From Saprolegnia diclina VS20 (lineage: Eukaryota): a stretch of 64,000 nt of DNA. A program made the translations under genes and the position numbers. Positions 25,201 to 37,800 of this stretch are shown here, in pieces. The stretch is from the NCBI RefSeq assembly GCF_000281045.1, contig NW_008246081.1, positions 548,204-612,203 on the forward strand. Reading direction: 5' to 3'. The notes beneath the pieces are model-generated. The model did no database searches. It was not told the DNA's origin and worked only from the letters and a program-made list of their open reading frames with translations. Numbering within the stretch: the first letter of the stretch is position 1; every line of letters starts with the position of its first letter.

Positions 25201-25962
25201 CTAGATTACATCTGGCATTCTATGGTCGTTTTCCAGATAGCGTGCCAGGTTGTCTGGTACAGCCGACCACGCAGCATCGTCTTGTGCAAAGCGCACGGCG
25301 CGGCGCTCGTAGATGGCGATAAAATGCTGAAGAAACCGAGTGTACCAGCGCCAAAACACGGCGTGGTCTGCGAGTCCACACTCGCGTGCGGCCCAAAAAT
25401 GAATGCGCATCCACGTCCGGGCGTCGGTGAGGTTGAAGTGGTCGCCACGGACGGACGGATCGCGCTTCTCGCTGACCCATGCTTTGGCGTGGCTCACTTG
25501 GCGCAGCCCCCAGCGCCCGCTGTCGGTCCACGGCTGGCCCTCGCCGCCCATTTTTTGGATGATCCAGTCGGCAAGCCGCTGCCCATGGGCCGTCGCGCCG
25601 TCCTCTTCAAAGAAGAATGGTTTTAGCTGCTTGTCGAGAAATGCCCGGGCGTAAAAGCGCGTACAAAGCTCGCGGATGGTGTCGCCGCCGCCAACGTCGC
25701 GCAGGAGCTGGGCCGACGCCGGCGTCGTCTGAAACGTGAGCGATCGAATGACGACCGGCACATCGCTCCACAGCGCTGGGCTTTGGCGCACTGCGTGGGC
25801 GTGGAACGGGCACGAGTCGGATGCAACATGCATGGGAAGCGCGACATCCACGTTTGCAAATGGGCACTCGGCGGCGCTCGAGACGGCTGCCTCCTGGATC
25901 GTCGTGCTCGACTTGGCCGGGGCGACGGGCGGCGTCGGGTCCTTCGTCAACGTTGTTGTCAT
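25201..25962 (-). CDS. Truncated (2/2) globin-like protein with an N-terminal extension carrying CP motifs
   Basis: LLRDVGGGDTIRELCTRFYARAFLDKQLKPFF (GG, B9-B10 FY), KMGG, SHAKAW (candidate proximal His F8) and ARTWM (candidate Trp G8). Confidence 0.75.
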   Translation of the reverse strand: MTTTLTKDPTPPVAPAKSSTTIQEAAVSSAAECPFANVDVALPMHVASDSCPFHAHAVRQSPALWSDVPVVIRSLTFQTTPASAQLLRDVGGGDTIRELCTRFYARAFLDKQLKPFFFEEDGATAHGQRLADWIIQKMGGEGQPWTDSGRWGLRQVSHAKAWVSEKRDPSVRGDHFNLTDARTWMRIHFWAARECGLADHAVFWRWYTRFLQHFIAIYERRAVRFAQDDAAWSAVPDNLARYLENDHRMPDVI

Positions 25963-26177
25963 CGGAGCGAGTTTGGTAATGCAAGAAGACGACGTCTGGG
26001 TGACGGCGCTCTCATCGCGACGCCTGCAGCGCCAGCGTCGCCGTGGTCGGAGGAAGGTCCTTCCTCGAGATCCTTCTGGGATTCGGTCAACCAATGATAC
26101 CACGGCAGAAAATAGATCAACCAATGAAATCGCATTATTTCCGGCTTACCAATCACGGGTGCTGATCCAAGCACGCG

Positions 26178-27242
26178 ATGGCAAGCATCCTCGGGACGCC
26201 CGCGAGCTTCGCCGCCACATTTGGCCTCGTCGGCCGGTTTCTCGACGGCGACGACCATCGTGCTTGCCGCGCCGCCTCCAAGGCGGTCGATGGCCTCTAT
26301 GCTGACTGCATGAGTCCGTCGCCCGATTGCAGCGGACACGTCCGGCGACAGATCGTTCATGCCATCACCAGGGTAGGCGCCTTCTGCCAGTTGCAAAGGC
26401 CATAGTGCTGCAGTTGTAGTACGCTCGCACGCTGCAAAAGAAGGTGCGGTGGCCGCAAAAAGTTGTGGCGGCGTTGGCCAACGACCTCTTCCTCGTCGTC
26501 ACGGGCGTCCGCATTGCGTGCCTTGTCGACTGTGCAGCGATCCCGCAGCCACGCGCGTTGGCCCTCCTCGCTGCTCTACGCGAGGTACCTCGCACTCGAC
26601 TAAAAGCGACTCACAGAGGCTAGGAACTCATGGGCTGTGACCACGTACGAGCCGTCTACCTCGATGACGACCTCTTCTTTGTTCATGCGCGCCGTCTCTC
26701 CCGCTCTCTCGTGACCGACGTCGCGTCGCTTTGGGCACATCGCTTGTGCATTGACGTCACGCCCTCGGCAAGCTCCTCCACGAGCACCGCACCGACGGTA
26801 CGCCGTTCGCAGAGATGTACGCATACGCGATCCCGTGCCCTAGATCCTGACGCCGCCGCCTGCGCTCTCGGCGTTTGCGACTGCGCTCGTCACAGCCCTC
26901 ACGTGGTCGACCGCCCACCACGTCCTGGCGTTGACACCGCTGCTGCAACGTTTCTCACAGAGTGCAATTGCCGTAGCGGGACTCCTCTTGGACTACCCGG
27001 TGCTTTACTGGCACGTGGCCCCGCACAGCCTGCCCGGCAACACGCTGGGACTGCAGCCACTCGTGCTCTACACCGTGACCATCGACGTCGATGGCGCGGC
27101 GCTTGCGGTTGCCCAGTTTAGCGCACCGCAAGCACTCCATGATGCACGGGTGCTTCGCGCGCGCTGTCGCCGGCGCACGTCGACTGGTCACGTTCTCCAT
27201 GTAGTTTCGACGACATGCGTGCTTCCCCGTGTGTCTCTCTAG
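26178..27242 (+). CDS. DUF4504 / UPF0739 (C1orf74-like) protein, multi-exon, with an F-box-like N-terminus
   Basis: NDLFLVVTGVRIACLVD, AVAGLLLDYPVLY, GNTLGLQPL, QFSAP and C-terminal VLPRVSL resemble DUF4504 (from recall). Exon structure is approximate. Confidence 0.55.
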
Positions 27243-27330
27243 GGGAAGATTGCTCTCCTAGTTTAGCAAGTCGACCCCACTTGACGTAATGGTATATAGT
27301 GTCTATTTCGTAACCGGAAAGGACTCGGGT

Positions 27331-29943
27331 TTACACGTCGACGCGCTCAAAGACGATGATCATCTCGCAGTGCTCCGTGTGCGGGAACATGTCGACTGGC
27401 GCCGCAAAGACCGGCTTGAACGGCGTGCCGCGGAGGTTGCTCGTGCACGGACCGCACAGCGTCGTCGCGTCCTAGTTCATACATATGAGCCGTCCATGTC
27501 ACGACAATGACAAATCAAGTCTGTCACGACGACATCTCGAAATGCGCACGTACGTTGATGAGCGAGACGGTGGGGTTGCAGCTCACATACACAATGCGCT
27601 TGACGGGGCGCGTGTCGCGGAGCGAGCGCAGCACCTTGGTATGCAAGCCAGCGCGCGGCGGGTCGACGATCGCCACGGCCTCCTTGAGGAATTCGGCGCC
27701 TTCGCCCTCGGGCTTCTTCTTGAGCAGCTCCTTCATGACGTCTTCGGCCTTGGAGTTGATGAACGAGATGTTGCGAATGTTGTTGAGCTCGGCGTTCACA
27801 GCGGCGTCGTCCGTCGCAGCCTTGCACAGCTCGACACCAATCACCTTGCGCGCGTCTTGGGCCACGCAGATGCCGATCGTACCCGTGCCGCAGCACACGT
27901 CGTAGACCTGCGTCGCGTCGCTCGCGGCGGCGAAGCGCTTGACGAGCGAGTAGAGCACTTCCGCGCCCGGCGTGTTGACCTGGAAGAAAGCCTGCGCCGA
28001 GATGCGGAACTTGAGGCCGAGGAGCTCTTCCTCAATGGTCGTCGCGCCAAAGACGTGCTCGATCGGGTGGTCCTCGGTCGGCGCCGAGACGCCCGTGTAC
28101 TCTTGCACAAACATGGACGAGATGGCTGGGTGCGCCGCTGTGAGCGTCTCGACCAACGCCGTCTTCTCGGTCGTCCAGGCCTCGGCGTCGACGCTGCTCG
28201 GGTTGGCTTGGATCATGAGCATGATTTGGTTGGTGCGCTGCGAGAGGCGGATCGTCAACAGTCGCCACACGCCTTCGTGCGTCATGACGTCATAGACGGG
28301 CATCGACGACGTTTCCAAGTGCGCCTAAGGTCCAATTCATTGATACATTGATACTTTTTCAAGACCGAGAATGTACCTGGAACGTGCGGCAAATGTCCTT
28401 CATGACCTGCGGCACGTTGATGCACTCGTCGGCCACGCCGACGGCGACAACGCCTTCCTTGAACATGCCGACGCGGAAGCCGACCACGGGCTTGTGCTCG
28501 ACGTCGTAGCCAAAGGTAAACTCGCACTTGTTGCGGTAGCCCTCGAGGATCGGCGAAGCCGCGATCGGTTCCATGGGGCAGCACAACCCTATTCCTCTGT
28601 CAACAGTGTTTGATACAACTCGATATACCCTTGTGCGAGGCAAAGCCTTGGATCGACGTCGCCGCGTCAATGTTGGTGCGGCTCACGAGCGTGCCGTCCG
28701 TCTCAACGTGGACAATCTCGACGCGGGCAGCATCTTCGGTCGACTGAACAAAGATGAGCTTGGCGTCGTGGGACGTGAGCCCGTGCACGCGCGGGTACGG
28801 CATCTCGGGCGCCGGTGCAAACTCGAGCACGGAAGTGGCTTCCGGGCCGAGCGGTGCCTTGACCCAGCCAGTAGCCGTCGCCACGTAGAGGAAGCCCTGG
28901 TGCACACTCATGGCCGAGACGTGGCCGAGGCCCGTCGCCAGCGTCACCCACTCGATCACGTCGCGGCGACCCTTGACGACACGGCGCACAATCTACAAGG
29001 CATCAGTCGCACACTGGGAATGACCAAAGAGACATACGTCGCCGTTGGCGGTGGCGCAGAGGAGGTGGCCACGGAGCGAGGCGAGCGAGGTCACGGCGGC
29101 CGTCGGGCCGTTGGAGAGGTACCGCCACGACGTCGTGTGCTTCTGGTACGTGTGGAGCGACCCATCACGGTGCACACCGACGAGCTCGGACGCAAACGTG
29201 ACGAGGCCGATGATACCCTCGGCCTTGGCACGCGCGACCCACGGGTTCTCGATAGACGAGAGGACTTGCTCGTAGAGCGTCTCGTTGGCGACGATGTAGA
29301 GCGAGCCGGTCGCATCGAGCCATTCGGGCACGGGCACTTCAAGCGCCGGCCCGCCGACAACGTCGTGGATCGTCTCGACCTTTTGCTGCTTGCGCATGCG
29401 CTTGCGCTCTTCGAGGACGCGCTTCTGCTTGTCCGCAAACTCCTTGCGCGTCTGGCGCACGATCTTGACAAGCACCTTCTTCATCGCGTCTTCCTTGCGC
29501 TCGAGCTGCTCGGCGTAGTCGACGTTGTGCCACGGCGTCACGGCCTCGATGACCGTCTTGAGCGCGCCCGGCTCGCCCGACGACGCGTCGTCCGACTTGG
29601 CCATGGGCTTCAAGCTGCGCTTGGGCAAGGCGGCCTTGACCTCGAGCTTCTCGCCGTTCTTCCACTCAATCTCGGCGAGGACGCTCAGCGCCGCATCGCG
29701 CTGCTCCTTGTCTTCGTAAATGATAAAGCCATACGAGAGCTTGTTGAGCTTCTGGACCGCCTTGAAGCTGTGGCCGCTGGCTTCGAGGACCTTGGTGAGC
29801 TCGTCCTTCTCGGACCACTGGCCAAAGTTGAGCACAATGATCTTGCACTCGTCGTTCTTGGTGAGGTGACCCGGCGCGACGTCGCCCGCGTCGTCCTGCG
29901 CCTTGCGCTTCTTGCCATAGTGCTTGTTACGCTGCCCGCCCAT
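27331..29943 (-). CDS. TRMT2A: tRNA (uracil-5-)-methyltransferase TRMT2A homolog with an internal insertion
   Basis: N-terminal RRM-like segment, VTPWHNVDYAEQLERK, GYRNKCEFTFG, FRISAQAFFQVNT, YDVCCGTGTIG, AIVDPPRAGL, VYVSCNP and VDMFPHTEHCE. Confidence 0.93.
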
Positions 29944-30243
29944 GCTGCTGGTCGTGATCTTGCAGCGAATGGTCCGGTTGCGCCTACCGTAAATTCCCGT
30001 AAACTCGCGTATATTTCCCGTGTATTGCAATAGAAAACGACATTCCGGCATTCTTTTATTTTATTACTTACAACTATTCAGTACATAATTACGGCTTGGA
30101 ATAAAAAATGCGTTTTATACTACCCTCGCGTTGGTTGGTGAGGGATTATTCCGCACTTCACCGAGCACCAAATCACCCTCGTTACAAGCCCCCCTTGATT
30201 GACGGACGCTTCTCGATACAAGATCCGCCTATTGCGCAATCGC

Positions 30244-30864
30244 ATGAGCACCATGGACGAAGGCCAAGGCCGGGTCGTGCGGACGTCGCGGCCGCTCCGC
30301 CATGTGATGCACCTGCCGCCGACCATGACGAGCAGTGGGCTCGAGGTCTCCGTGCATGAGTGTCCCCGCACCCTCCTGCGCGAGCTCGTCCACGTCTTCC
30401 CGGCCACGCTCAAGAAGGACAGCGCGGTCCTTGGGGTCGTGACCTGCCAGCACGCCTGCGTGGACCTCGCCCAGTTTGGCGGCGAGGCCGACAAGGAAAA
30501 GGACCGGCTCCTCGAGAACTTTGCGCGCTGGGCCCAAGACGTGGCGACGGCGATCGTCGCGTCTGGTCACTGGGCGGACTTTATCGACCCGTGCTCGGGA
30601 CTGCCGGTACGACGCCTCGCCTGGCCTTGGCTCACAACAATGGTGCTGCTGTAGATGCTCGCCATGAACTCGAGCAAGGTCTACAGCGAAGTCGACGGCG
30701 TCGAAGTGCTCTTGCACTACTCGTGCCTCAGCGCCGGCATGTGCAAGATCCTCCTCCATCCCGAATGGGGCGCTGCCGTGTACCCGGCGTCGCTCTTCAC
30801 GACGGCGCCCTACGACGTTGTTCATGCTATTATCTCCAAGGGTTTTGTCCACGCGCAGGCATGA
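30244..30864 (+). CDS. MMADHC: Cobalamin trafficking protein CblD-like (intron ~30607-30654)
   Basis: LEVSVHECP...EKDRLLENF...GHWADFIDPCSGLP...CKILLHPEWG...SLFTTAP. Start is uncertain. Confidence 0.88.
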
Positions 30865-31433
30865 GCGCCTCCGACCTCAGTACCGCTCTCCCCCGCTTGT
30901 AAGATGCCCAAGTAATTATCGCTACGCTACGTTCGTGCTCTGGTTCGAAATGAGAGCACCCATTGACGAGGCAAGTGGAAGACGCTGGGCCAAGCACCAG
31001 CGTCGACTCGAGCCAGGACCTTCCACAGATCTGCAGGATCCTCCACCTGTGCATATACCTACGCAATACTGGGACGAGTGGAATGATGGACGATCGCTAC
31101 AATGGTCGACGCCGGAAGCGGTCGCCTGTTACTTGCTTCCCGCGTGGCGCCCCTCTGGGGTGTGTCCCGCGTTGCGGTTGTGGCATTTAGATTCGGCACA
31201 CTCACTAGATTCGGCATATACCGCCGCATCGCGCCTCCGGTGCGCTACCAAGGACGTGCACGACCCGTCGTAGGTAGTGCTCGCGACGCTAGCGACAGTA
31301 ATGCGAGGCTGTGTGGTCGTCCTGGCACACAGTGCGACGTGCGTGAACTGCTCGAAGCGGTGTCGGGTGCCGGTGGTTACTTTCGGCATGTGCCGCAAAT
31401 ACACCCCGGGCTTCCTGGGGTTCCATTTGCAAG

Positions 31434-34015
31434 ATGCGGCTGGAAATCGAAGGCCTCGAGGTGCTCTTCCCATACCCGCGCGTGTACGCGGAGCAGGTCG
31501 CGTACATGCGCGAGCTCAAGCGCGCCCTCGACGCCAAGGGCCATGCGATGCTGGAGATGCCCACGGGTACGGGCAAGACGGTCTCGCTCCTCTCGCTTGT
31601 CCTCTCGTACAAGGTACGACGACCAGCATGATGCTGCTCGCGACGATACAAGCCACATTTGCATGTAGGCGGCGCATCCGCAGACAACTGGCAAGCTCAT
31701 TTACTGCACGCGAACGGTGCCCGAGATGTCCAAGTGCGTCGAAGAGATCAAGCACTTGATGAAGTACCGCAACGAGGTGCTCGGCGACGCCTCGATGGGC
31801 ATCACGGCCGTCTGCTTGAGTTCGCGCCGCAACATGTGCGTGCACTCGCGCGTCATGGCCCACGCCGACGGCGAGACCGTCGACGCGCAATGCCGCAACA
31901 TGACTGCGCCCTGGGTCCGGTCCCAAGCCGCGTCGCGCAACTTGGAGACGTGCAGCTTTTACGAGCAGTACGACTCGCGCTCGATGGACCAGCGCGTGCT
32001 CGAGCCCGGTGTGTACACGCTCGACGACCTCAAGGCCATGGGCACGGCGAAAGGCTGGTGCCCGTACTTTATGACGCGCCACGCGCTCACGTTTGCGGAC
32101 GTGGTTGTGTACAACTACCAGTACATGCTCGACCCCAAGGTCTCGACCATGGTCTCACGCTCGCTCGAGCGCGACTGCATCGTCGTCTTTGACGAAGCGC
32201 ACAACATTGACAACGTCTGCATTGAAGCGCTCAGCGTCACGCTCAACCGGCGCGGCCTCGACCGCGCATCGCGCAACCTCACGACCATCAGGTACCTTCC
32301 ATCGACTTTGGAATCGGTTTGTTTGACCGTCGATGGGCCGATGATAGCACGACGGTCTCGCGCATGAAGCAGGCCGACAAGGCGCGGCTGGACGCCGAGT
32401 ACCGCCGGCTCGTGGAAGGGCTGCGCTCGAGCGGCACGGTCGTCGCCCCAAACAGCGGCAATACCGACGACACGACCGAGCTGGGCGCGCCTGTCTTGCC
32501 CAACGACATTTTGGAGGAGGCGATTCCGGGCAGCATTCGCCGCGCCGAGCACTTTATCGCGTTCATGCGGCGCCTCATCGAGTACCTCCGCACGCGCATC
32601 CGCGTCCGCAACGTCGAGAGTGAGACGCCCGCGGCCTTTCTCCACGCAATGCAAACCGCGATTGCAGTCGACACGAAGCCAATGAAGTTTTGCTACTCGC
32701 GGCTCCAGTCGCTCCTTCGGACGCTCGAGATTACAAACCTCGAAGAGTTCAATGCGCTCAACCAGGTCGCGGACTTTGCGACGCTCGTGGCCACGTACGC
32801 CGATGGCTTCATGCTCATCCTCGAGCCGACGGACCAGCACAATGCGCCGCAGCCGATCCTGCAGCTCGCGTGCCTCGACGCGTCTCTCGCGATGCGCCCC
32901 GTCTTTGAACGGTGCGTCCTCTTTTCATTTGTCTCGAGTTTGGATTTTTGTGATTTTTGTGATTTTTTCGTCTTTTTTGTGCTTTTTTCTGATTTTTTGT
33001 GTTTATTCTGATGTTTTGAGTTTATTCTGATGCCGTCGGTAGCTTTTCGACGGTCGTCTTGACGTCCGGCACGCTGTCGCCGATCGACTTGTACCCGCGG
33101 CTGCTCAACTTTTCGCCGGTCGTGCGCGAGTCGCTGCCCATGTCGGTGTACCGGTCGTGCATTTGCCCGCTCGTGATCACACGGGGCAGCGACCAAATGC
33201 CCGTGAGCACCAAGTTTGATTTGCGCGATGACATGTCGGTCGTGCGCAACTATGGCGGTCTCCTCCTCGAGATGGCAGCGTGCGTGCCCGACGGCATGGT
33301 GTGCTTCTTCCCGTCGTACATGTACATGGAGAACATCATTGCGCAGTGGGACGTGCTTGGCGTACTCAAGAAGGTGCTGGCGCACAAGCTCATCTTTATT
33401 GAAACCAAAGACATTGTCGAGACGACGCTCGCCCTCGACAACTACAAGCGCGCGTGCGACATTGGCCGCGGCGCTGTCTTCTTCTCGGTGGCGCGCGGCA
33501 AGGTCGCCGAAGGCATCGATTTCGACCGTCACTATGGGCGCGCTGTGCTCCTCTTTGGGATCCCGTTCCAGTACACGCTCTCGAACGTGCTCCGCGCCCG
33601 CTTGGAGTACCTCCGGTACACGCACCACATTCGCGAAGGCGACTTTTTGACGTTTGACGCGCTGCGCCAAGCGGCGCAGTGCGCAGGGCGCGTCATTCGC
33701 TCGAAAGCCGACTATGGCATCATTGTGTTTGCCGACTCGCGCTACAACCGCCATGACAAGCGCTCGAAGCTGCCGCCGTGGATCAACCAGTTCCTCCTCG
33801 AGTCCCATTTGAATCTGAGCGTCGACATGGCCGTCTTTATGAGCAAGAAGTACCTCAGCCTCATGGCCCAGCCCATCGAAGACGGCCCCAACATGCACTC
33901 GATCCTCCTCGACGAAGCCGCGGTCGCAAAGTACCTCGGCCAGCACCCGCCGTCGGCCATCCTCACGGACGGAGACAACGCCGAGTCGGCCGCCAAGAAG
34001 GCCCGCGTCGAGTGA
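31434..34015 (+). CDS. ERCC2: TFIIH XPD/Rad3 DNA helicase (4 exons)
   Basis: [25 protein letters not shown], Fe-S cysteines, [42 protein letters not shown] and KRSKLPPWI. Confidence 0.97.
32912..33042 (+). repeat. T-rich low-complexity intron of XPD with degenerate short repeats
   Basis: 131-nt intron containing GATTTTTGT-like units and two copies of GTTTATTCTGATG (33001, 33020). Confidence 0.75.
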
Positions 34016-34679
34016 CCTTGTAACTTAAAAAGAAGACCCAGCATCACCACCAACGACTCGGCTGCATACGTTATTGCGCGTTCTCTCGCTTAAGCCACAT
34101 TTGGCGGCGGTTCAGTTGAGGCTGTGGGATACACGCTTCGGCCAACGAGCGTCGATCTTGAAGACAAACAACGAGCGGATTCGACGGCGTGTCGCAGAGC
34201 GTTGGCTGCAACCAATGTTTATTAGTAATTGGACTATGACGAGATCTTGTGCACCACGCAAAGCGGCCCATATTCGCGCTGGTAGCGTCAAACCATTGCC
34301 CACGCCGAGACAATGCTACTTGGCATATGCATCCTTCTACGTAGCCCTGCGTCGTGGTCATGCTTTGACGCGGGCCCCAACATGCCATCGCAGCGTCAAG
34401 TCTGGACGCTGCACAGCTCCTCTTGGTGTTGACCGGTTGACTCGCGACGCGGGGCTATGACGCTAGCTGACCACGGCGTCAACTAAGAAATCATACCGGT
34501 ACGGTAGTCGGTCCTCTGCATACGAGTATATGTTTCTCAATTTGCGCGTTATTAGCAGATCGGTCGTAGCTCTTTCGGCTCATCAATGCAGTGGCACGTT
34601 TACGTTACGCTCGACCTCTCGTGCCATTCGCCCCGATGACGCAACTCGTGCACGCGCGTCAAAACCATCACTCTGCTGT

Positions 34680-34728
34680 CCGGATACGCTTGATTCGCGT
34701 CCGGATACGGCCAAAAACGGCCGGATAC
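34680..34728 (+). promoter_or_regulatory. Three phased CCGGATAC copies upstream of the ABCG gene
   Basis: Exact 8-mers start at 34680, 34701 and 34721 (spacing 21 and 20 nt). Function is inferred. Confidence 0.4.
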
Positions 34729-34857
34729 CGCGACATGCGTCGACGGCATGGGGCTTTATCACCTAATCCGATGCTTGATGGCGACAAGTCTCGTTCGTGG
34801 TCCACGAAAGCATCGTCGCGTGTGTTGGTGCTTGCAAGAAATTTGCATAAAACCGAA

Positions 34858-34875
34858 GCTCATAACGCAATTTGC
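34858..34875 (+). promoter_or_regulatory. Candidate oomycete INR/FPR core promoter
   Basis: GCTCATAACGCAATTTGC lies just upstream of the ABCG ATG and is close to the GCTCATTYYNCAWTTT consensus. Confidence 0.45.
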
Positions 34876-34886
34876 TACCTTCCAGC

Positions 34887-37800
34887 ATGGCACCAGCTCC
34901 GCAATCTGCCGACGCGTTCCTCCAAGATGGCTCGGACGCCTTCCATGCGTCGCTCGCCAACCAGCTTCAGTCGTCGCTCGGGAAGGACATGCCGCAGCTC
35001 GAGATTCGCTTCAAGGACCTCGCGATCGCCGCGGACGTGATCGTGGCCACCAAGAACGGTAGCGAGCTTCCGACGCTGGTCAACGAAGTCAAGAAGGGGG
35101 TCATGGGCCTCTTCAGCGCCAAGCGGTCGATCCGCAAAGACATTCTGCACCCGATGAGCGGCGTCTTCAAGCCGAGCACAACGACGCTCGTGCTCGGCCA
35201 GCCGGGCTCGGGCAAGTCGTCGCTCATGAAGATCCTCTCCGGTCGCTTCCTCCTCACGAAAAACATCTCGGTCGGTGGCGAGGTCACGTTCAACGGGACG
35301 CCGTCGGCCGCGCTGGGGCCCAAGCTGCCGCAGTTTGCGTCGTACATTAGCCAGCGCGACTTTCACTACCCGACACTGACGGTCAAGGAGACGCTGCAGT
35401 TTGCACACGAGTGCAGCGGCGGCGCGGTCGTGCCCCAGCGCATACTCGACTCGCTAACGAACGGGACGCCGGAAGAGAACGCGCAGGCGCAAGCAGTCAT
35501 TACCGCGCTCTTTGCCGTCTTTCCCGACATTGTGACGCGTCAAATGGGCCTCAAGATCTGCGAAGACACGATCGTCGGCAACGGCATGCTCCGCGGTGTC
35601 TCGGGCGGTGAGCGCAAGCGTGTGACCGTCGGCGAGATGGAGTTTGGCATGAAGATGGTGTCGTTCATGGACGAGATCAGCACGGGCTTGGACTCGGCGG
35701 CAACCTACGACATTGTCAAGGCCCAGAAAGGCATGGCTGCGTCGCTCAAGAAGACGATCGTGATTGCGCTGTTGCAGCCGTCGCCCGAAGTCTACAACCT
35801 GTTCGACGACGTCCTCCTCCTCAACGAAGGCCATGTCATGTACCATGGCCCGCGCGCCACGTGCTTGGCGTACTTCGAGTCGCTCGGCTTCAAATGCCCG
35901 CCGCACCGCGATGTCGCCGACTTCTTGCTCGACCTTGGTACGCCCGAGCAGGACCAGTACCTCGTGTCGTCTCGGCTGGCGACCGCGCCCCGCTTCCCGA
36001 GCGAGTACGCGTCGGTCTTTACCGAGTCGTCCATCTACGCGCACATGATGGGCCACCTCTCGGCCCCGCCGCACCCGCTGCTCGTCCAGGACGCTACGCA
36101 CCACATTGGATCGCTGCCCGAGTACCACGTGCCGTTTGGGAAGAGCACGAAGGCGCTCGTCCAGCGCCAAGTGACGGTCTTTCTCCGTAACAAGGAGTTT
36201 GTCATCAGTCGCATGGTCATGGTCGTCGTCATGGGCTTCCTCTACTCGACGTCGTTCTACCAAGTCGACTCGGACCAAGTCATCACCGTGCTCGGTGTCA
36301 TCTTCACGACCGTCATGTTCCTCGCGCTCGGCCAAATTCCGACGATCCCGGCCCACGTCGAAGCGCGCGAGATCTTTTACAAGCAAAAGCGCGCCAACTT
36401 TTTCCGGACCTCGTCGTTCATTTTAGCGCAGTGCACGACCCAAATACCGTTTGCGTTTCTGGAGACGGTGATCTTTGGCGCCGTCATGTACTGGGTCACG
36501 GGCTTCACCTCGAACGTCGGGTCGTTCCTGACGTACCTTCTCGTGCTCTTCGTGACCAACCTCGCGTTCACGACGTGGTTCTTCTTTCTCGCCTCGATCG
36601 CTCCGAATCTGCATGTCGCTGAGCCCGTCTCGATGGTCTCCGTGCTCTTTTACGTGCTCTTTGCGGGCTTTATCATGTCGGCCGACGACATGCCCGACTA
36701 CTTTGTGTGGATCCACTGGATCGACCCGCTCGCGTGGTGCATTCGCGCCTTGGCCATCAACCAGTACTCGGCGTCCGAGTTTCAGATCTGCGAGTACAAG
36801 GGCATCGACTACTGCAAGCGCACGGGCGACAACTTTGGCAACTCGCAGCTCAAGCAGTACGGCGTCAAGACGGACACGGCGTGGATCTGGTACGGCGTCT
36901 TCTTTCTGGCCGCCAGCTACTTCTTCTTCATGTTCCTCGCGTACTTGGCGCTCGAGTACATCCAGTACGACCCCGCCGAGCACACTATCGTCGTCAACGA
37001 AGACGAAGACGAGATGCTCCGTGACACGGACGGCAACAAGGCCGAGAGCGCGTACGCCGAGCCGCCCAAGACGCCGCAGCACGCGGTTGTCAACGTTCAC
37101 GAAGCAGCCCAGCGCGCGTCGGTGCCGGTGACGCTGGCCTTTGAAGACCTCTGGTACTCGGTGCCCAACCCAACGAAAGGCGAGCCCGATCTGAAGCTGC
37201 TCAAGGGCATCAACGGCTACGCGCTCCCGGGCACGATCACTGCGCTCATGGGCTCCTCCGGCGCAGGCAAAACGACGTTGATGGACGTCATTGCCGGTCG
37301 CAAGACGGGCGGCAAGATCGAAGGCAAGATCCTTCTCAACGGGTACCCGGCCACGGACATAGCGATCCGCCGGTCGACCGGCTACTGCGAGCAGATGGAC
37401 ATCCACAGCGAGAGCGCGACGTTCCGCGAGGCGTTCCAGTTCAGCGCCATGCTCCGCCAGTCGGACGAGATTCCTGCGGCCGAGAAGCTCGCGTTTGCCG
37501 AAGAGTGCTTGGACATTTTGGACATGAAGAGCCTCGGCGACAAGATCATTCGCGGCGCGTCGGTCGAGCAGATGAAGCGCTTGACGATCGGTGTCGAGCT
37601 GGCGGCGTCGCCGTCCGTGCTCTTCTTGGATGAGCCGACGTCCGGTCTTGATGCGCGCTCGGCCAAGATCATCATGACGGGTATTCGCAAGATCGCGTCG
37701 ACAGGTCGCACGGTCGTCTGCACGATTCACCAGCCGTCGACCGAAGTGTTTGAGATGTTTGACTCGCTCCTTCTTCTCAAGCGCGGCGGCGAGACCGTCT

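Noticed and set aside
30934..30960. GTGCTC-TGGTTCGAAATGA-GAGCAC hairpin as a tRNA T-arm or terminator
   Set aside because: Isolated short stem just 3' of MMADHC, with no cloverleaf context.
30861..31273. Second ATGA overlap at the MMADHC stop and ORF 30818-31273
   Set aside because: The downstream frame is short (stop at 30902), and neither ORF has recognisable motifs or convincing codon bias.
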